Origin: an uncultured Verrucomicrobiales bacterium
Lineage (GTDB): Bacteria > Verrucomicrobiota > Verrucomicrobiia > Verrucomicrobiales > Akkermansiaceae
Assembly: GCA_937944055.1 (NCBI GenBank)
Contig: CALDZJ010000045.1
Location: 55,659 to 119,658 of the forward strand
Reading direction: 5' to 3'
Length of the DNA: 64,000 bases
The notes under the pieces were generated by a model. The model was not told the DNA's origin. It did no database searches and worked only from the letters and a program-made list of their open reading frames with translations. Of this stretch, positions 18,855-28,650 are shown piece after piece (position 1 is the first letter of the stretch; every line of letters begins with the position of its first letter). Both the position numbers and the translations under genes were made by a program.

Positions 18855-18946
18855 CGCTTTCTCTCTCCGAAAAGAAAAGAACCACGAAACTTCTCTGAAA
18901 GCGATGGGTTGCAAGGCTCGCCCCAGCGTGCCAATCTGACACAGCT

Positions 18947-20113
18947 TTGAAGTCCGCTGTTTTAGAGAAAATCCTTTCCCGTCTTGATCAGATCGAGCCG
19001 GAGGAAGTTCAATCTTTACTCTCACGCCTCGTGCGGGAGAAGGGCTTTTTGCAAAAGGTCTTTGAGTCCCTGCAAGAAGGAGTGCTTTTGCTGGATGCCT
19101 CCGGGGGGATCAGCTTTATCAACCACGCGGGCTGCCGCTTCTTCGGGACCTCCCCAGAAGAGGCTCAGGGAAAGGCCCTCACGGAGCTAGTGCGAGGGGT
19201 GGATTGGTCCGCCCTGATGCAGTCAAAACGGCGGACGGTGAGTCGAGATTTAGAAGTCTTTTATCCCGAGAATCGTTACTTGAACTTCTACCTCTCCCCC
19301 GTTGCAGAAGAAAATGAAGCCGATCTAGGGCACGTGATGTTAGTGCGGGATGTGACACGCTCCCGCCGAGAAGCCGAAAAAGAAATGGAGTCAGAAAAGC
19401 TCAATGCCCTCACCCTACTGGCTGCGGGAGTGGCTCATGAAATCGGGAATCCTCTCAACTCCCTCTCGCTGCACCTGCAACTTCTAGAGCGCAAAATCCG
19501 CGACCTCCCAGAGGGCGACCAAAAGCCGCTTGCAGAACATCTAGGAACGGCGCAGAGCGAAATTGGCCGCCTTGATACGATCTTAAAACAATTCTTACAG
19601 GCAATGCGGCCCACCCAACCGGAGCGGATTCCGACGAAGCTGCACGAGCTTTTAGAAGAAAGTCTAGAAGCCCTCAGCCCAGAGATTAAAAGTCGCGAAA
19701 TCCAGGTGAAGTTAGACCTTTCACCCGAGCTCCCCGCCCTAGAGCTAGACGCGACGCAGATCAAACAAGCACTCTATAACGTCATCCGTAATGCCTACCA
19801 AGCAGTGAGCCCTCCGAAGGGCCACATCCTCGTGCAAACCAGCGTGACGGAGTACGAGGTGACATTGGCCATCTCAGATAATGGCAGCGGAATTTCTCCC
19901 GAGGCGATGGGATCGATGTTCGAGCCTTTTAAGACGAGTAAAGTCGATGGAACCGGTCTCGGCATGCTCATCGTCCGGCGGATTTTACGGGAGCACGGAG
20001 GAGAATTAGAAGTCGAGAGTGAAGAAGAAGCCGGGACCACCGTGACGCTCTACTTCCCCAGAACTGATAAACGTGTGCGCATGCTAGAGGAACGCCCTCC
20101 AATCGAAGTCTAA
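18947..20113 (+). CDS. PAS-domain sensor histidine kinase (NtrB-like, cytoplasmic)
   Basis: 388 aa with a TTG start. It has a PAS region, the H-box AAGVAHEIGNPLN and HATPase N/G boxes (NAYQAV, DNGSGI, GTGLGM). No TM helices. Confidence 0.85.
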   Translation: MKSAVLEKILSRLDQIEPEEVQSLLSRLVREKGFLQKVFESLQEGVLLLDASGGISFINHAGCRFFGTSPEEAQGKALTELVRGVDWSALMQSKRRTVSRDLEVFYPENRYLNFYLSPVAEENEADLGHVMLVRDVTRSRREAEKEMESEKLNALTLLAAGVAHEIGNPLNSLSLHLQLLERKIRDLPEGDQKPLAEHLGTAQSEIGRLDTILKQFLQAMRPTQPERIPTKLHELLEESLEALSPEIKSREIQVKLDLSPELPALELDATQIKQALYNVIRNAYQAVSPPKGHILVQTSVTEYEVTLAISDNGSGISPEAMGSMFEPFKTSKVDGTGLGMLIVRRILREHGGELEVESEEEAGTTVTLYFPRTDKRVRMLEERPPIEV

Positions 20114-20132
20114 CAAAAAAAATCTCAATCCC

Positions 20133-21533
20133 GTGAAAACTTTGCTGATCGTCGATGACGAAAAACCAACCCGCGATGCCCTCCGCATGGCCTTGGAAGA
20201 GAGCTTTGATTGCTATCTCGCGGCAGATCTCAAACAAGCCCGGCAGGTGCTAAAATCAGAGGACATCGATCTCCTCCTCACCGATCTCCGCCTCGGTGCA
20301 GACTCCGGAATGGAAGTGCTGGATGCCGCGCTAGACTTAAAAAATCCGCCAGTCGCAGTGATGATGACCGCATATGGATCAGTTGACACCGCAGTGGAGG
20401 CGATGCGCCGAGGCGCGTGGCACTTCGTGACCAAGCCACTCAATCTCGACGAGGTGGAATTGTTACTGAAGCGTGCGGTGCGGAGTCGGTCCTTAGAAAA
20501 GGAGAACGTGAAATTAGTCGCGGAAAACGAGAGCCTAAAAGAAAGCAAAGCAAAGGCCTCATACGGACTGGAGCGGCTAATCGGAAAATCTGCTCAAATG
20601 GCTAAAGTGGCGGCGAAAATCGAGCAAATCGCCTCGACTCGCGCCACCGTCCTGATCGAGGGAGAATCGGGAACAGGTAAAGAAGTCGTAGCCCATACCT
20701 TGCATGACCTCTCGGGCCGTCCGGGCGAAAAATTCGTGGCAGTCAATTGTGCCGCCTTATCCTCCCAACTGCTCGAGAGCGAGCTCTTCGGCCATGAAAA
20801 AGGCTCATTTACAGGAGCTTCGCAGCGGCGCGTGGGGCGCTTTGAACAAGCGCACGGCGGGACGCTTTTTCTCGATGAAATTGGCGAAATTGATTCGCAA
20901 ACCCAAGTCAAGCTACTACGCGCCCTCTCCGAGCGCACAATCGAGCGAGTAGGCTCGAACTCCCCCGTAAAAGTAGACGTCCGGGTCATCGCGGCGACGA
21001 ACCGCAAGCTGGCAGAAATGGTCAAAGAAGGAACCTTTCGCGAGGATCTTTACTTTCGTCTTAACGTCCTAGGAATCGAAATGCCGCCTCTTCGGGAACG
21101 AAAAGAAGACATCGTCCTTCTGGCGAACTCCTTTTTAGTGGAATTTGCAAAAGAAAATCAGCGCCCTGAAAAGCCCCTGAGCGAAGAAGCGATCCGCCGA
21201 CTTTGCGCCTATGAATGGCCCGGAAATGTCCGCGAACTCCGCACTGCTATTGAGCATGCCGTGGTGATGTCGAATCAGGACAAGCTCGATATCCAGCACC
21301 TTCCCGACTTCATCACGGGCGGAGGACACCGCTTCGGAAGCCAATCCGAGAAAAACACCCTTGCCCCTGAGATGGAATTCAACTTGCATGCCCTCGAGCA
21401 ACGCGCCATTCAAGGGGCCCTGCGCGAGACTGATGAAAATCGGACGAAAGCCGCAGAGTTACTTGGAATCAGCCGTCGCACCCTACAAAGAAAACTTCGC
21501 GACTTCTCGTCTATTGATTCAGATAAATTATGA
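20133..21533 (+). CDS. sigma54-dependent response regulator (NtrC family)
   Basis: 466 aa with a GTG start. It has a receiver domain (DLLLTDLRL), AAA+ Walker A GESGTGKE, the sigma54-contact loop GSFTGA and the Fis-type HTH AAELLGISRRTLQRKL. Confidence 0.9.
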   Translation: MKTLLIVDDEKPTRDALRMALEESFDCYLAADLKQARQVLKSEDIDLLLTDLRLGADSGMEVLDAALDLKNPPVAVMMTAYGSVDTAVEAMRRGAWHFVTKPLNLDEVELLLKRAVRSRSLEKENVKLVAENESLKESKAKASYGLERLIGKSAQMAKVAAKIEQIASTRATVLIEGESGTGKEVVAHTLHDLSGRPGEKFVAVNCAALSSQLLESELFGHEKGSFTGASQRRVGRFEQAHGGTLFLDEIGEIDSQTQVKLLRALSERTIERVGSNSPVKVDVRVIAATNRKLAEMVKEGTFREDLYFRLNVLGIEMPPLRERKEDIVLLANSFLVEFAKENQRPEKPLSEEAIRRLCAYEWPGNVRELRTAIEHAVVMSNQDKLDIQHLPDFITGGGHRFGSQSEKNTLAPEMEFNLHALEQRAIQGALRETDENRTKAAELLGISRRTLQRKLRDFSSIDSDKL

Positions 21534-23353
21534 ATAGTTCCAAAAAAATCGGAGGAATGGACACCGCCGTCCTGATCCGTCGCCTTCTTTTCTTCGTCCT
21601 CCTATTTGCCCTCGTCTTCTTCTATCTTGTCCTCACCTTCAAAGGCCTCACTGCGGCCCGTGGAATGGAGCAAGCCCAGATCGGTCGTGAAATCGCCCGT
21701 GGTCATAACGCCACCACTAAGGTGATCCGTCCCGCCGCGATCTGGCAGGCCCAAAAAAACGAGAATGCCGAACTCGAGCTGAGAAGCTTCTATGACACCT
21801 ACCACTCCCCACTAAACCCCTTCCTTTACGGTGCCATCTTAAAAGCTGTGGGAGCTGATGATTTTGAGAAATTTCAAATGGTAGAGGATTCCCGCACCGT
21901 CTATCGGCTAGACCGAGTCATCTCTGCCATCGCCGTGATTCTTTTCCTCATCGCGATCGGGATTAACTACCTTCTCATCTCAAGAATTTTCGATGTAAAG
22001 ATCGCCAGCGTCACCGCGATCCTCATGATTCTCTGCGACCTCATGTGGAAATTCACCCACACTGGGCTGCCTCAGATGCTCATGCTCATGCTCTTTTCAT
22101 GCGCGCTCTTCTTCATTTACCGCGCCTTGGAGTCATCCATCGAAAATCGAGTCGCAATGGGCTCTATCATCATTGCCGCGATCTTCCTCGCTCTGCTCGC
22201 CCTCTCGCACTGGCTCACCATTTGGATTACGCTGGGCTTCGTCATTTATGCGGCATTTTTCTTCAGACCAAAGGGCCTCTCAGGTCTCACCGTCTTAGGA
22301 ATCCTACTCGTCTTCAGCCTGTATTTCATGGCTAAAAATGTCGAATGGACCGGGAACCCCGGAGGCACCGCCTTCCTCAGCCTCTACGGTGGCCTCACGG
22401 AATCCGAGAGTAACATCATGCGAACGAGCGACCCTAGTGAGGAAACCTATCGCGTTCTCCACAACCTAAACTCCCTGATCATCAACACCTCATCTAACAT
22501 GCTGCGTCAGGCGAATTTGCTCTATAATAACTTAGGCGCGATCCTCGCTGCGCCCCTCTTCTTCCTTGCTCTAGTGCACCCATTCAAGCGCGAATCAATC
22601 GCAAAGTTCCGCTGGATCATCCTCCTCATGTGGGTGATGGGCACCCTCGGAATGGCCCTCTTTGGACTCTCTGAAAAAGCCACTGATGCGAACCAACTTC
22701 ACATTCTCTTCGCCCCCATCATGTCAGCCTATGGGCTAGCTTTTCTCTCGATTCTCTGGAGCAGGATCGAGCTGCCAGCCAGCAGTGCCGTGATGCGATA
22801 CGGTCACTTCGTCCTCGTCATCTTCATCAGCGCCGGCCCCCTCATCCTCTCCATTCCACGGGCGATCCAAACAAGCCTTGCAGTCGGGCAAAACCAACGC
22901 CCCGTCTGGCCTCCCTACTGGCCCCCTCTCCTCAGTCGAACGCTCCATGATGCCACCACCGAAGATGAGATCATCTTCTCAGACCAGCCCTGGGCCGTCG
23001 CTTGGTATGCTGACCGCATCTCAGTCTGGCTCCCTCGAAAGGTCGCGGAATTTGAAGCGATGGAAGAACTCGCCGAAGAGCAAAAGTTAAATCCAGCAGG
23101 AATCCTACTTTCTCCGATTTCTTTTGAAAATAACCCCTTCTTCTCTGCAGCCCCCTTTGGTGCAGGTGAGGAATTTGCCGCCCTAATGCTAGATGGAACA
23201 GCCATCGGAGTCACCCAAGGCCAACTTGGCCGCGGCGGACTGCGGATGCGCACTCCCGTTTTACGGAAAGTCATGGCCGACTACCCGGAAGAGCGGCACC
23301 TCTTCCCAATGCGCGTCATTTACTACTCAAAGAAACCCCTCATCCAACAGTAG
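21530..23353 (+). CDS. polytopic membrane protein, GT-C-fold (ArnT/PMT-like) glycosyltransferase candidate
   Basis: 607 aa. About 10 or more TM helices are followed by a soluble C-terminal domain, and the first-loop region (YHSPLNPFLYGAIL) resembles the GT39/ArnT layout. The ATGA overlap with the NtrC-like gene indicates translational coupling. Confidence 0.4.
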   Translation: MNSSKKIGGMDTAVLIRRLLFFVLLFALVFFYLVLTFKGLTAARGMEQAQIGREIARGHNATTKVIRPAAIWQAQKNENAELELRSFYDTYHSPLNPFLYGAILKAVGADDFEKFQMVEDSRTVYRLDRVISAIAVILFLIAIGINYLLISRIFDVKIASVTAILMILCDLMWKFTHTGLPQMLMLMLFSCALFFIYRALESSIENRVAMGSIIIAAIFLALLALSHWLTIWITLGFVIYAAFFFRPKGLSGLTVLGILLVFSLYFMAKNVEWTGNPGGTAFLSLYGGLTESESNIMRTSDPSEETYRVLHNLNSLIINTSSNMLRQANLLYNNLGAILAAPLFFLALVHPFKRESIAKFRWIILLMWVMGTLGMALFGLSEKATDANQLHILFAPIMSAYGLAFLSILWSRIELPASSAVMRYGHFVLVIFISAGPLILSIPRAIQTSLAVGQNQRPVWPPYWPPLLSRTLHDATTEDEIIFSDQPWAVAWYADRISVWLPRKVAEFEAMEELAEEQKLNPAGILLSPISFENNPFFSAAPFGAGEEFAALMLDGTAIGVTQGQLGRGGLRMRTPVLRKVMADYPEERHLFPMRVIYYSKKPLIQQ

Positions 23354-23368
23354 GCTCACCGCTTTTCC

Positions 23369-23668
23369 ATGCCTGCCAAGAAGAAAACCCAGAAACCAAA
23401 AATTGCTGAGTCTTTTGAAGATGCAGCAGATGAATTGGAGGGAATTATTAAAATCCTCGAGCAAGAGCCCACCTCTCTTACCAAGCTCATCGACGACTTC
23501 GAACGAGGTCAGGACCTTCTAAACTATTGCCAAAACACTCTCAAATCAGCACGCAAACGGCTCGACATTGTCGAAGCTAAAATGCAGGCAAATTCCATTG
23601 AAGAAGACACACAACCCCCTTCTTCAAGCAGTGAGCCAAATAACGACGACGATGTCAGACTCCTCTAA
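23369..23668 (+). CDS. xseB: exodeoxyribonuclease VII small subunit
   Basis: 99 aa. FEDAADELEGIIKILEQEPTSLTKLIDDFERGQDLLNYCQNTL is the XseB helical hairpin signature. Confidence 0.8.
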   Translation: MPAKKKTQKPKIAESFEDAADELEGIIKILEQEPTSLTKLIDDFERGQDLLNYCQNTLKSARKRLDIVEAKMQANSIEEDTQPPSSSSEPNNDDDVRLL

Positions 23669-25532
23669 AACGCCACTCCTTGATCACATTCAAGGCCCCT
23701 CCGATCTCCAGAACATCCAAAGCGAGGACCTCCCGGCTCTCGCCACGGAAATCCGCAAAACCCTGATCAATTCACTCTCTAATACCGGTGGCCACCTCGG
23801 CCCTAACCTCGGAGTTGTCGAGCTAAGTATTGCGATGCACCGCGTCTTCAACTCGCCGGAAGACAAGTTCCTCTTTGACGTCTCCCACCAAGGCTATGTC
23901 CATAAGATGCTGACTGGCCGCGCGAAAGAAATCGGGACAATCAGACAGTATGAAGGCCTAAACGGCTTCCTCCTGCGCAGCGAATCTGAGCATGACTGCT
24001 ACGGAGCAGGGCACGCTGGCACCGCCGTTTCTGCAGCCCTCGGAATGTGTTCAGCCCGTGACCTTAAAGGAGCTGATAACCACGTCGTCGCAGTTGCCGG
24101 TGATGCCGCCTTCACCTGTGGCCCCACGCTAGAAGCCCTCAACAACATCGCCGATACCACCGAGCGCTGCATCATCGTTCTGAATGACAACGAGTGGTCA
24201 ATTGATAAAAACGTCGGCGCTCTTGCCAAGTATTTTAACACCCTTCAGACCCACCCAGCCTATAATGACATCCGCGAAAGAGCAGCGAGCCTAGTCGAAA
24301 AAGTCGCCGGTCCCGGTGCCCGGAAATTTGTCCATAAGGTCGAGCGGAACGCCAAGAACATGCTCCTCCCAAATGTCCTCTTCGAGAAATTTGGTCTCCG
24401 CTATTATGGCCCCATCGATGGCCATGACCTCCCTTCCCTCATCAAGAGCCTCGAGTATCTGAAAGAGAAAGATGAGCCAGTCATCCTGCATATCATCACC
24501 GAGAAAGGCCGTGGCTATCAGCCCGCGCTCGATAAGCCCGGCAAATTCCACGGACTTGGACCCTATAATGTCGAAGATGGTTCCACCGCTTCCGGCGCCC
24601 CCACCTTCTCGGAGCTCTTTGGCCGCGCCATCACCGACTTTGCGAAAGAAGATCCCAAAATCACCGCCATCACCGCAGCCATGCCCGGTGGTACGAAATT
24701 AGAAACCTTTAAAGCGGAACTCAACGAGCGCTACTTTGATGTCGGCATCGCAGAAGAGCATGCAGCTCTCTTCGCCTGTGGCCACGCCTCAGAAGGCCTC
24801 AAGCCCTTCCTCGCCATCTACTCAACCTTCATGCAGCGAGCCTATGACATGATCATCCATGACATGGCCCTGCAAAGCCTTCCCGTGCGTCTTTGCATGG
24901 ATCGCGGCGGCCTCTCAGGAGATGATGGCCCCACCCACCACGGGCTTTTTGACATCGGCTACCTTCGCCACGTTCCAGGGCTCGTGCACATGCAGCCGAA
25001 GGATGAAGATGAATTTATCGACATGCTTTGGACCATGGCCAATTACGAAGAAGGCCCCATCGCGATTCGCTACCCTCGCGGCAATGGACCAGGGACACCC
25101 ATCAAGGATAAACCAGCTCTCCTTACGATTGGCGAAGCAGAAGTCATCCAAGAAGGAACAGACGTCTGCCTCATCCCTCTCGGCACCATGATGGAGCTCG
25201 CGCTCGAGAGCAAAGCAGCCCTTGAAGCGAAAGGATACAGCGTCACTCTGATTAATCCTCGCTGGATTAAGCCGCTCGATGCTCGCACCATCACCACACT
25301 CGCCGCCAAGGCCCGCGTCGTCTGCACCTTTGAAGATCATGTCCTATTCAATGGCTTCGGCCTCTCAATCATCGAGCTTCTCCATGACGAAGTGATTGAC
25401 ACTCCCGTCGAGCGGATCGGCTGGCCTGATGAATTTATCGAGCACGGAAAACCCGAAATCTTGCGAGAAAAACACGGCGTCACCTCCGCCAATGCGGTCG
25501 ATAAAATCCTCACCCATTTGGGCGAGAAATAG
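23652..25532 (+). CDS. dxs: 1-deoxy-D-xylulose-5-phosphate synthase
   Basis: It has the MSDSSKTPLLDHIQGPSDLQ N-terminus, GGHLGPNLGVVEL, the ThDP motif VAVAGDAAFTCG...NDNEWSI and transketolase-like C-terminal domains. The likely start is ATG 23652 and the ORF track begins at 23568. It overlaps xseB by 17 nt. Confidence 0.93.
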   Translation: MSDSSKTPLLDHIQGPSDLQNIQSEDLPALATEIRKTLINSLSNTGGHLGPNLGVVELSIAMHRVFNSPEDKFLFDVSHQGYVHKMLTGRAKEIGTIRQYEGLNGFLLRSESEHDCYGAGHAGTAVSAALGMCSARDLKGADNHVVAVAGDAAFTCGPTLEALNNIADTTERCIIVLNDNEWSIDKNVGALAKYFNTLQTHPAYNDIRERAASLVEKVAGPGARKFVHKVERNAKNMLLPNVLFEKFGLRYYGPIDGHDLPSLIKSLEYLKEKDEPVILHIITEKGRGYQPALDKPGKFHGLGPYNVEDGSTASGAPTFSELFGRAITDFAKEDPKITAITAAMPGGTKLETFKAELNERYFDVGIAEEHAALFACGHASEGLKPFLAIYSTFMQRAYDMIIHDMALQSLPVRLCMDRGGLSGDDGPTHHGLFDIGYLRHVPGLVHMQPKDEDEFIDMLWTMANYEEGPIAIRYPRGNGPGTPIKDKPALLTIGEAEVIQEGTDVCLIPLGTMMELALESKAALEAKGYSVTLINPRWIKPLDARTITTLAAKARVVCTFEDHVLFNGFGLSIIELLHDEVIDTPVERIGWPDEFIEHGKPEILREKHGVTSANAVDKILTHLGEK

Positions 25533-25633
25533 CTCATCCCACCTCCAGCTTCTTCACCCCCAGACTCTTCCAAATTGGAGAAGAGAAAGGGCTGCCCTAG
25601 TGCCTCCTCACGCCAAGAAGCACAACAGACCCT

Positions 25634-25655
25634 CGTAATTTTCTCGAAAATTACG
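25634..25655. promoter_or_regulatory. perfect 9-bp inverted repeat (candidate operator or RNA hairpin) upstream of the MoxR/Bat operon
   Basis: cgtaatttt-ctcg-aaaattacg lies in the 260-bp dxs/moxR intergenic region. No T-run follows it. Confidence 0.4.
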
Positions 25656-25792
25656 ATCCTGAGAAAAATCGAGCCTCCGTGACCGTTTCATGAGAGGAAG
25701 TTCTTCAAACTGTGCGGTAGCCCTTTTAGAGCATGATGCTATCCTTCCTGAACAAATCGTAAGAACAAACTCTCGATCTCTCTCTCAACCTT

Positions 25793-26806
25793 ATGACACC
25801 TGAAGAATTCTCAGCCGAAATCCAGACCCGCTCCGCTTTCGTCACACCACTCAGACAAGAAATCTCCCGCGTCCTCATCGGACAAATCCACCTCGTTGAT
25901 CGCATGTTAGTCTGCCTGCTCACCGGGAACCATCTCCTCGTCGAAGGCCTTCCCGGACTTGCTAAAACCTTAGCCGTCAACACCCTCTCGCAGACCCTCT
26001 CCGCACGCTTCGGCCGGATTCAATTCACCCCAGATCTCCTCCCCGCCGACGTCATCGGCACCCACATCTATAATCCCGGGACCCAAGAATTCACCGCGAA
26101 GGAAGGCCCCGTTTTCACGAATCTCCTCCTCGCTGACGAGATTAACCGCGCACCTGCCAAGGTCCAATCAGCACTCTTGGAGGCCATGCAGGAAAAGCAA
26201 GTCACCCTCGGTGGAGAAACCCGCCAACTCCCCGATCCCTTCCTCGTGATGGCGACTCAGAACCCCCTGGATCAAGAAGGTACCTACCCCCTTCCGGAAG
26301 CCCAGATGGACCGCTTCATGATGAAAGTCATCGTCGGCTATCCACAGCGTGACGAGGAACGCGAAGTCCTCCGCCGCATGTCCTCCACCATGTCCATGCC
26401 TTCTGCCTCGGCCGTCACCGACCTCGCTACCATTGCCTCAGCTCGCTCACTCATAAATCAAATCCACGTCGACCCTAAAATTGAGGACTACATCTTAGAC
26501 ATCGTTTTTTCCACCCGTGAAGAAGGCCGCAGCCAACTTTCCGAGCGTCAAGCAGACCTAAACCTCGCCCGCTTTGACCCCCTCATCACCGCCGGAGCCT
26601 CTCCGCGTGCCACCATTCAGCTCATTCGCGGAGCGCGCTGCCTCGCCTTCCTAGATGGCCGCGCCCACGTCCTCCCAGAAGATGTCAAATCAATCGCCCC
26701 AGACATCCTCCGCCACCGCATCATTCCCAGCTATGAAGCGCAGGCTGAAGACATGGACGCAGATGCCATCATTAAGCAACTCCTCGATACGCTTCGCACT
26801 CCTTAA
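25793..26806 (+). CDS. moxR: MoxR-family AAA+ ATPase
   Basis: 337 aa with Walker A LVEGLPGLAKT, Walker B LLADEINRA and the typical MoxR C-terminal lid. Confidence 0.92.
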   Translation: MTPEEFSAEIQTRSAFVTPLRQEISRVLIGQIHLVDRMLVCLLTGNHLLVEGLPGLAKTLAVNTLSQTLSARFGRIQFTPDLLPADVIGTHIYNPGTQEFTAKEGPVFTNLLLADEINRAPAKVQSALLEAMQEKQVTLGGETRQLPDPFLVMATQNPLDQEGTYPLPEAQMDRFMMKVIVGYPQRDEEREVLRRMSSTMSMPSASAVTDLATIASARSLINQIHVDPKIEDYILDIVFSTREEGRSQLSERQADLNLARFDPLITAGASPRATIQLIRGARCLAFLDGRAHVLPEDVKSIAPDILRHRIIPSYEAQAEDMDADAIIKQLLDTLRTP

Positions 26807-26812
26807 ATTGCC

Positions 26813-27679
26813 ATGTTGGCCTCAGAGTTAATGGAAAAAGTGCGGCGGATTGAAATCCGCAGCCGCCGCATCGTCCAAAACCGCACCGCCGGCGCTTGGC
26901 ATGCCTCCTTCAAAGGTCGCGGCATCGAATTTGCCGAAATCCGCGAATACCAAGAAGGTGACGAAATGCGCTCGATCGACTGGAATGTCTCGGCCCGCCT
27001 TGGCTCCCCCTTCATCAAGCTCTTCACCGAGGAACGTGAGCAAAACGTCTTCTTCCTTGTTGATCGCTCCGCCTCCGGACAATTCGGCTCAGGAGCCACC
27101 ACCAAGGCCGAATTCAGCGCTGAAATCGCCGCCGTTCTAGCCTTCTCAGCCACCCTCAATAAAGACAAAGTGGGCCTCCTTCTCTACTCAGATCAAGAAG
27201 AGCTCCAACTCGATCCAGCTCGTGGTCACCGCCACGTCCTCCGCATGATTCGCGAACTCCTCGCCTTCGAGCCCCAATCGCCAAATACCGATCTCGCTGG
27301 CGGCATCGAGCACCTATTAAAAACCACTCTAAAGCGCTCCATCGTCTTCATCCTGAGTGACCTCATCACCCCCGATTTTGCCAAACCTCTGCGCGCCCTA
27401 GCCCGCAAGCACGAGGTCATCCTCATGCACATTTCTGATCCCATCGAGCGAGAGCTCCCCAATATCCCCGCTCTTTCCATCAGCGATCTTGAAAGCGGAA
27501 AAGTCACCCGCCTCACCCGCCGAGATGCTCAGGCACTCAGCCAAAGAACCACTGAAGCTGCCGAAGAAATCGCCTCTCAGTGCCGCCGCGCTGGGGTTGA
27601 CTACATCCCGCTCGACACCGCCACCGACTACCTTCCAGCCATCATCGCCCTCTTTCAGCGCCGCATTTCTCGTCGATGA
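26813..27679 (+). CDS. DUF58 domain protein (VWA-like, MoxR partner)
   Basis: 288 aa. FKGRGIEFAEIREYQEGDEMRSIDWNVSAR...FFLVDRSAS is the DUF58 signature. Confidence 0.88.
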   Translation: MLASELMEKVRRIEIRSRRIVQNRTAGAWHASFKGRGIEFAEIREYQEGDEMRSIDWNVSARLGSPFIKLFTEEREQNVFFLVDRSASGQFGSGATTKAEFSAEIAAVLAFSATLNKDKVGLLLYSDQEELQLDPARGHRHVLRMIRELLAFEPQSPNTDLAGGIEHLLKTTLKRSIVFILSDLITPDFAKPLRALARKHEVILMHISDPIERELPNIPALSISDLESGKVTRLTRRDAQALSQRTTEAAEEIASQCRRAGVDYIPLDTATDYLPAIIALFQRRISRR

Positions 27680-28650
27680 AATCCCCTCTCACGATCCTTA
27701 AACTCGCCCTCTTGCTTCTCCTCCTCGTAGGACTAGCGATCGGCTTTATTTTCTTCCGCATCTGGCAGAAAAATCCCCGCCCGACCCTCACAGAAAGCTC
27801 ATGGAAGCAGAATGAGATTCTCCTCGGCCATGAGGCCCAACTTGAGCTCACGCTCTCGGCTCCTTGGCATCGAGAAATCGTCCAATCCTCCCCCCTCACC
27901 TTCCCCTCCTTCCTCGTTCCGATCCGCGAAAAAGCGACCGTTAAAAAAGGCTCCCTTTCCCTTACTGGCCGCCGCACTTGGCAACTCCAAGTTCCCTTCG
28001 TGGCCACTGATACAAAATCCCTCGAAGGCTTGACCGCCTCATTCCCAATCAAGTCCACCAAACGAATCTCCCCAAATTCGCTCACCCTTCCCCTGCCACC
28101 CCTCACCATTCTCTCTCCAGAAAATATCCCAGAAACCCCTCATAACCCTGAGGACTTCCTCAGCGAAAAAGAACCAGAACCAGAAGCAGAAACAAGCACT
28201 GAGGAAGAAGAGACTGAAAAGCGAAGCTGGCTCTGGGCCCTCTTCATCCTGCTCTTCCTCCCGCTTCTCTACTTCATTTTAAAACGCAGCGGCGTCATTA
28301 AAACCACTCCTCCTTGGGAAAGAGCTCTCGTGAAGCTCGACCAACTCGACCCAACATCTCAACCCGTTCTCTTCTACTCAAAGCTCACGGATATTCTCAG
28401 ACAATACACCTCAGATCGCTACTCCATCCGAGCCCGCTCCAAGACCTCCACCGAGTTCATTCAGACCCTACAGAACCATCAGAACATCCAGACGGATCAG
28501 CTAGCAGAGCTCACCTCCTTCGCGCAACTCGCCGATGCCGTGAAATTTGCCGACTTCATACCAGAGCAAGGGGAGGCCCCGAAGGCGCTCGAGCTCATCC
28601 GCACTTTCGTCAAAACCACCACCCCAGAAACTGCCCCCTCAGATGTCTGA
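27676..28650 (+). CDS. membrane protein with C-terminal DUF4381-like domain
   Basis: 324 aa with two TM helices. The C-terminal LTDILRQYTSDRYSIRARSKTSTEFIQTL...LADAVKFADFIP matches the DUF4381 pattern found between DUF58 and batA in Bat operons. Confidence 0.6.
   Translation: MKSPLTILKLALLLLLLVGLAIGFIFFRIWQKNPRPTLTESSWKQNEILLGHEAQLELTLSAPWHREIVQSSPLTFPSFLVPIREKATVKKGSLSLTGRRTWQLQVPFVATDTKSLEGLTASFPIKSTKRISPNSLTLPLPPLTILSPENIPETPHNPEDFLSEKEPEPEAETSTEEEETEKRSWLWALFILLFLPLLYFILKRSGVIKTTPPWERALVKLDQLDPTSQPVLFYSKLTDILRQYTSDRYSIRARSKTSTEFIQTLQNHQNIQTDQLAELTSFAQLADAVKFADFIPEQGEAPKALELIRTFVKTTTPETAPSDV

Noticed and set aside
23568-23651. N-terminal extensions proposed by the ORF track for dxs (23568). 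The same issue affects batA (28547), opcA (60405), L36 (16879), dapB (13962), accD (8003), the OmpR-type regulator (41791) and the small membrane protein (57842).
   Set aside because: The extensions overlap the preceding gene or add non-conserved, low-complexity residues ahead of a Met that reproduces the canonical family N-terminus. Internal starts were used instead.
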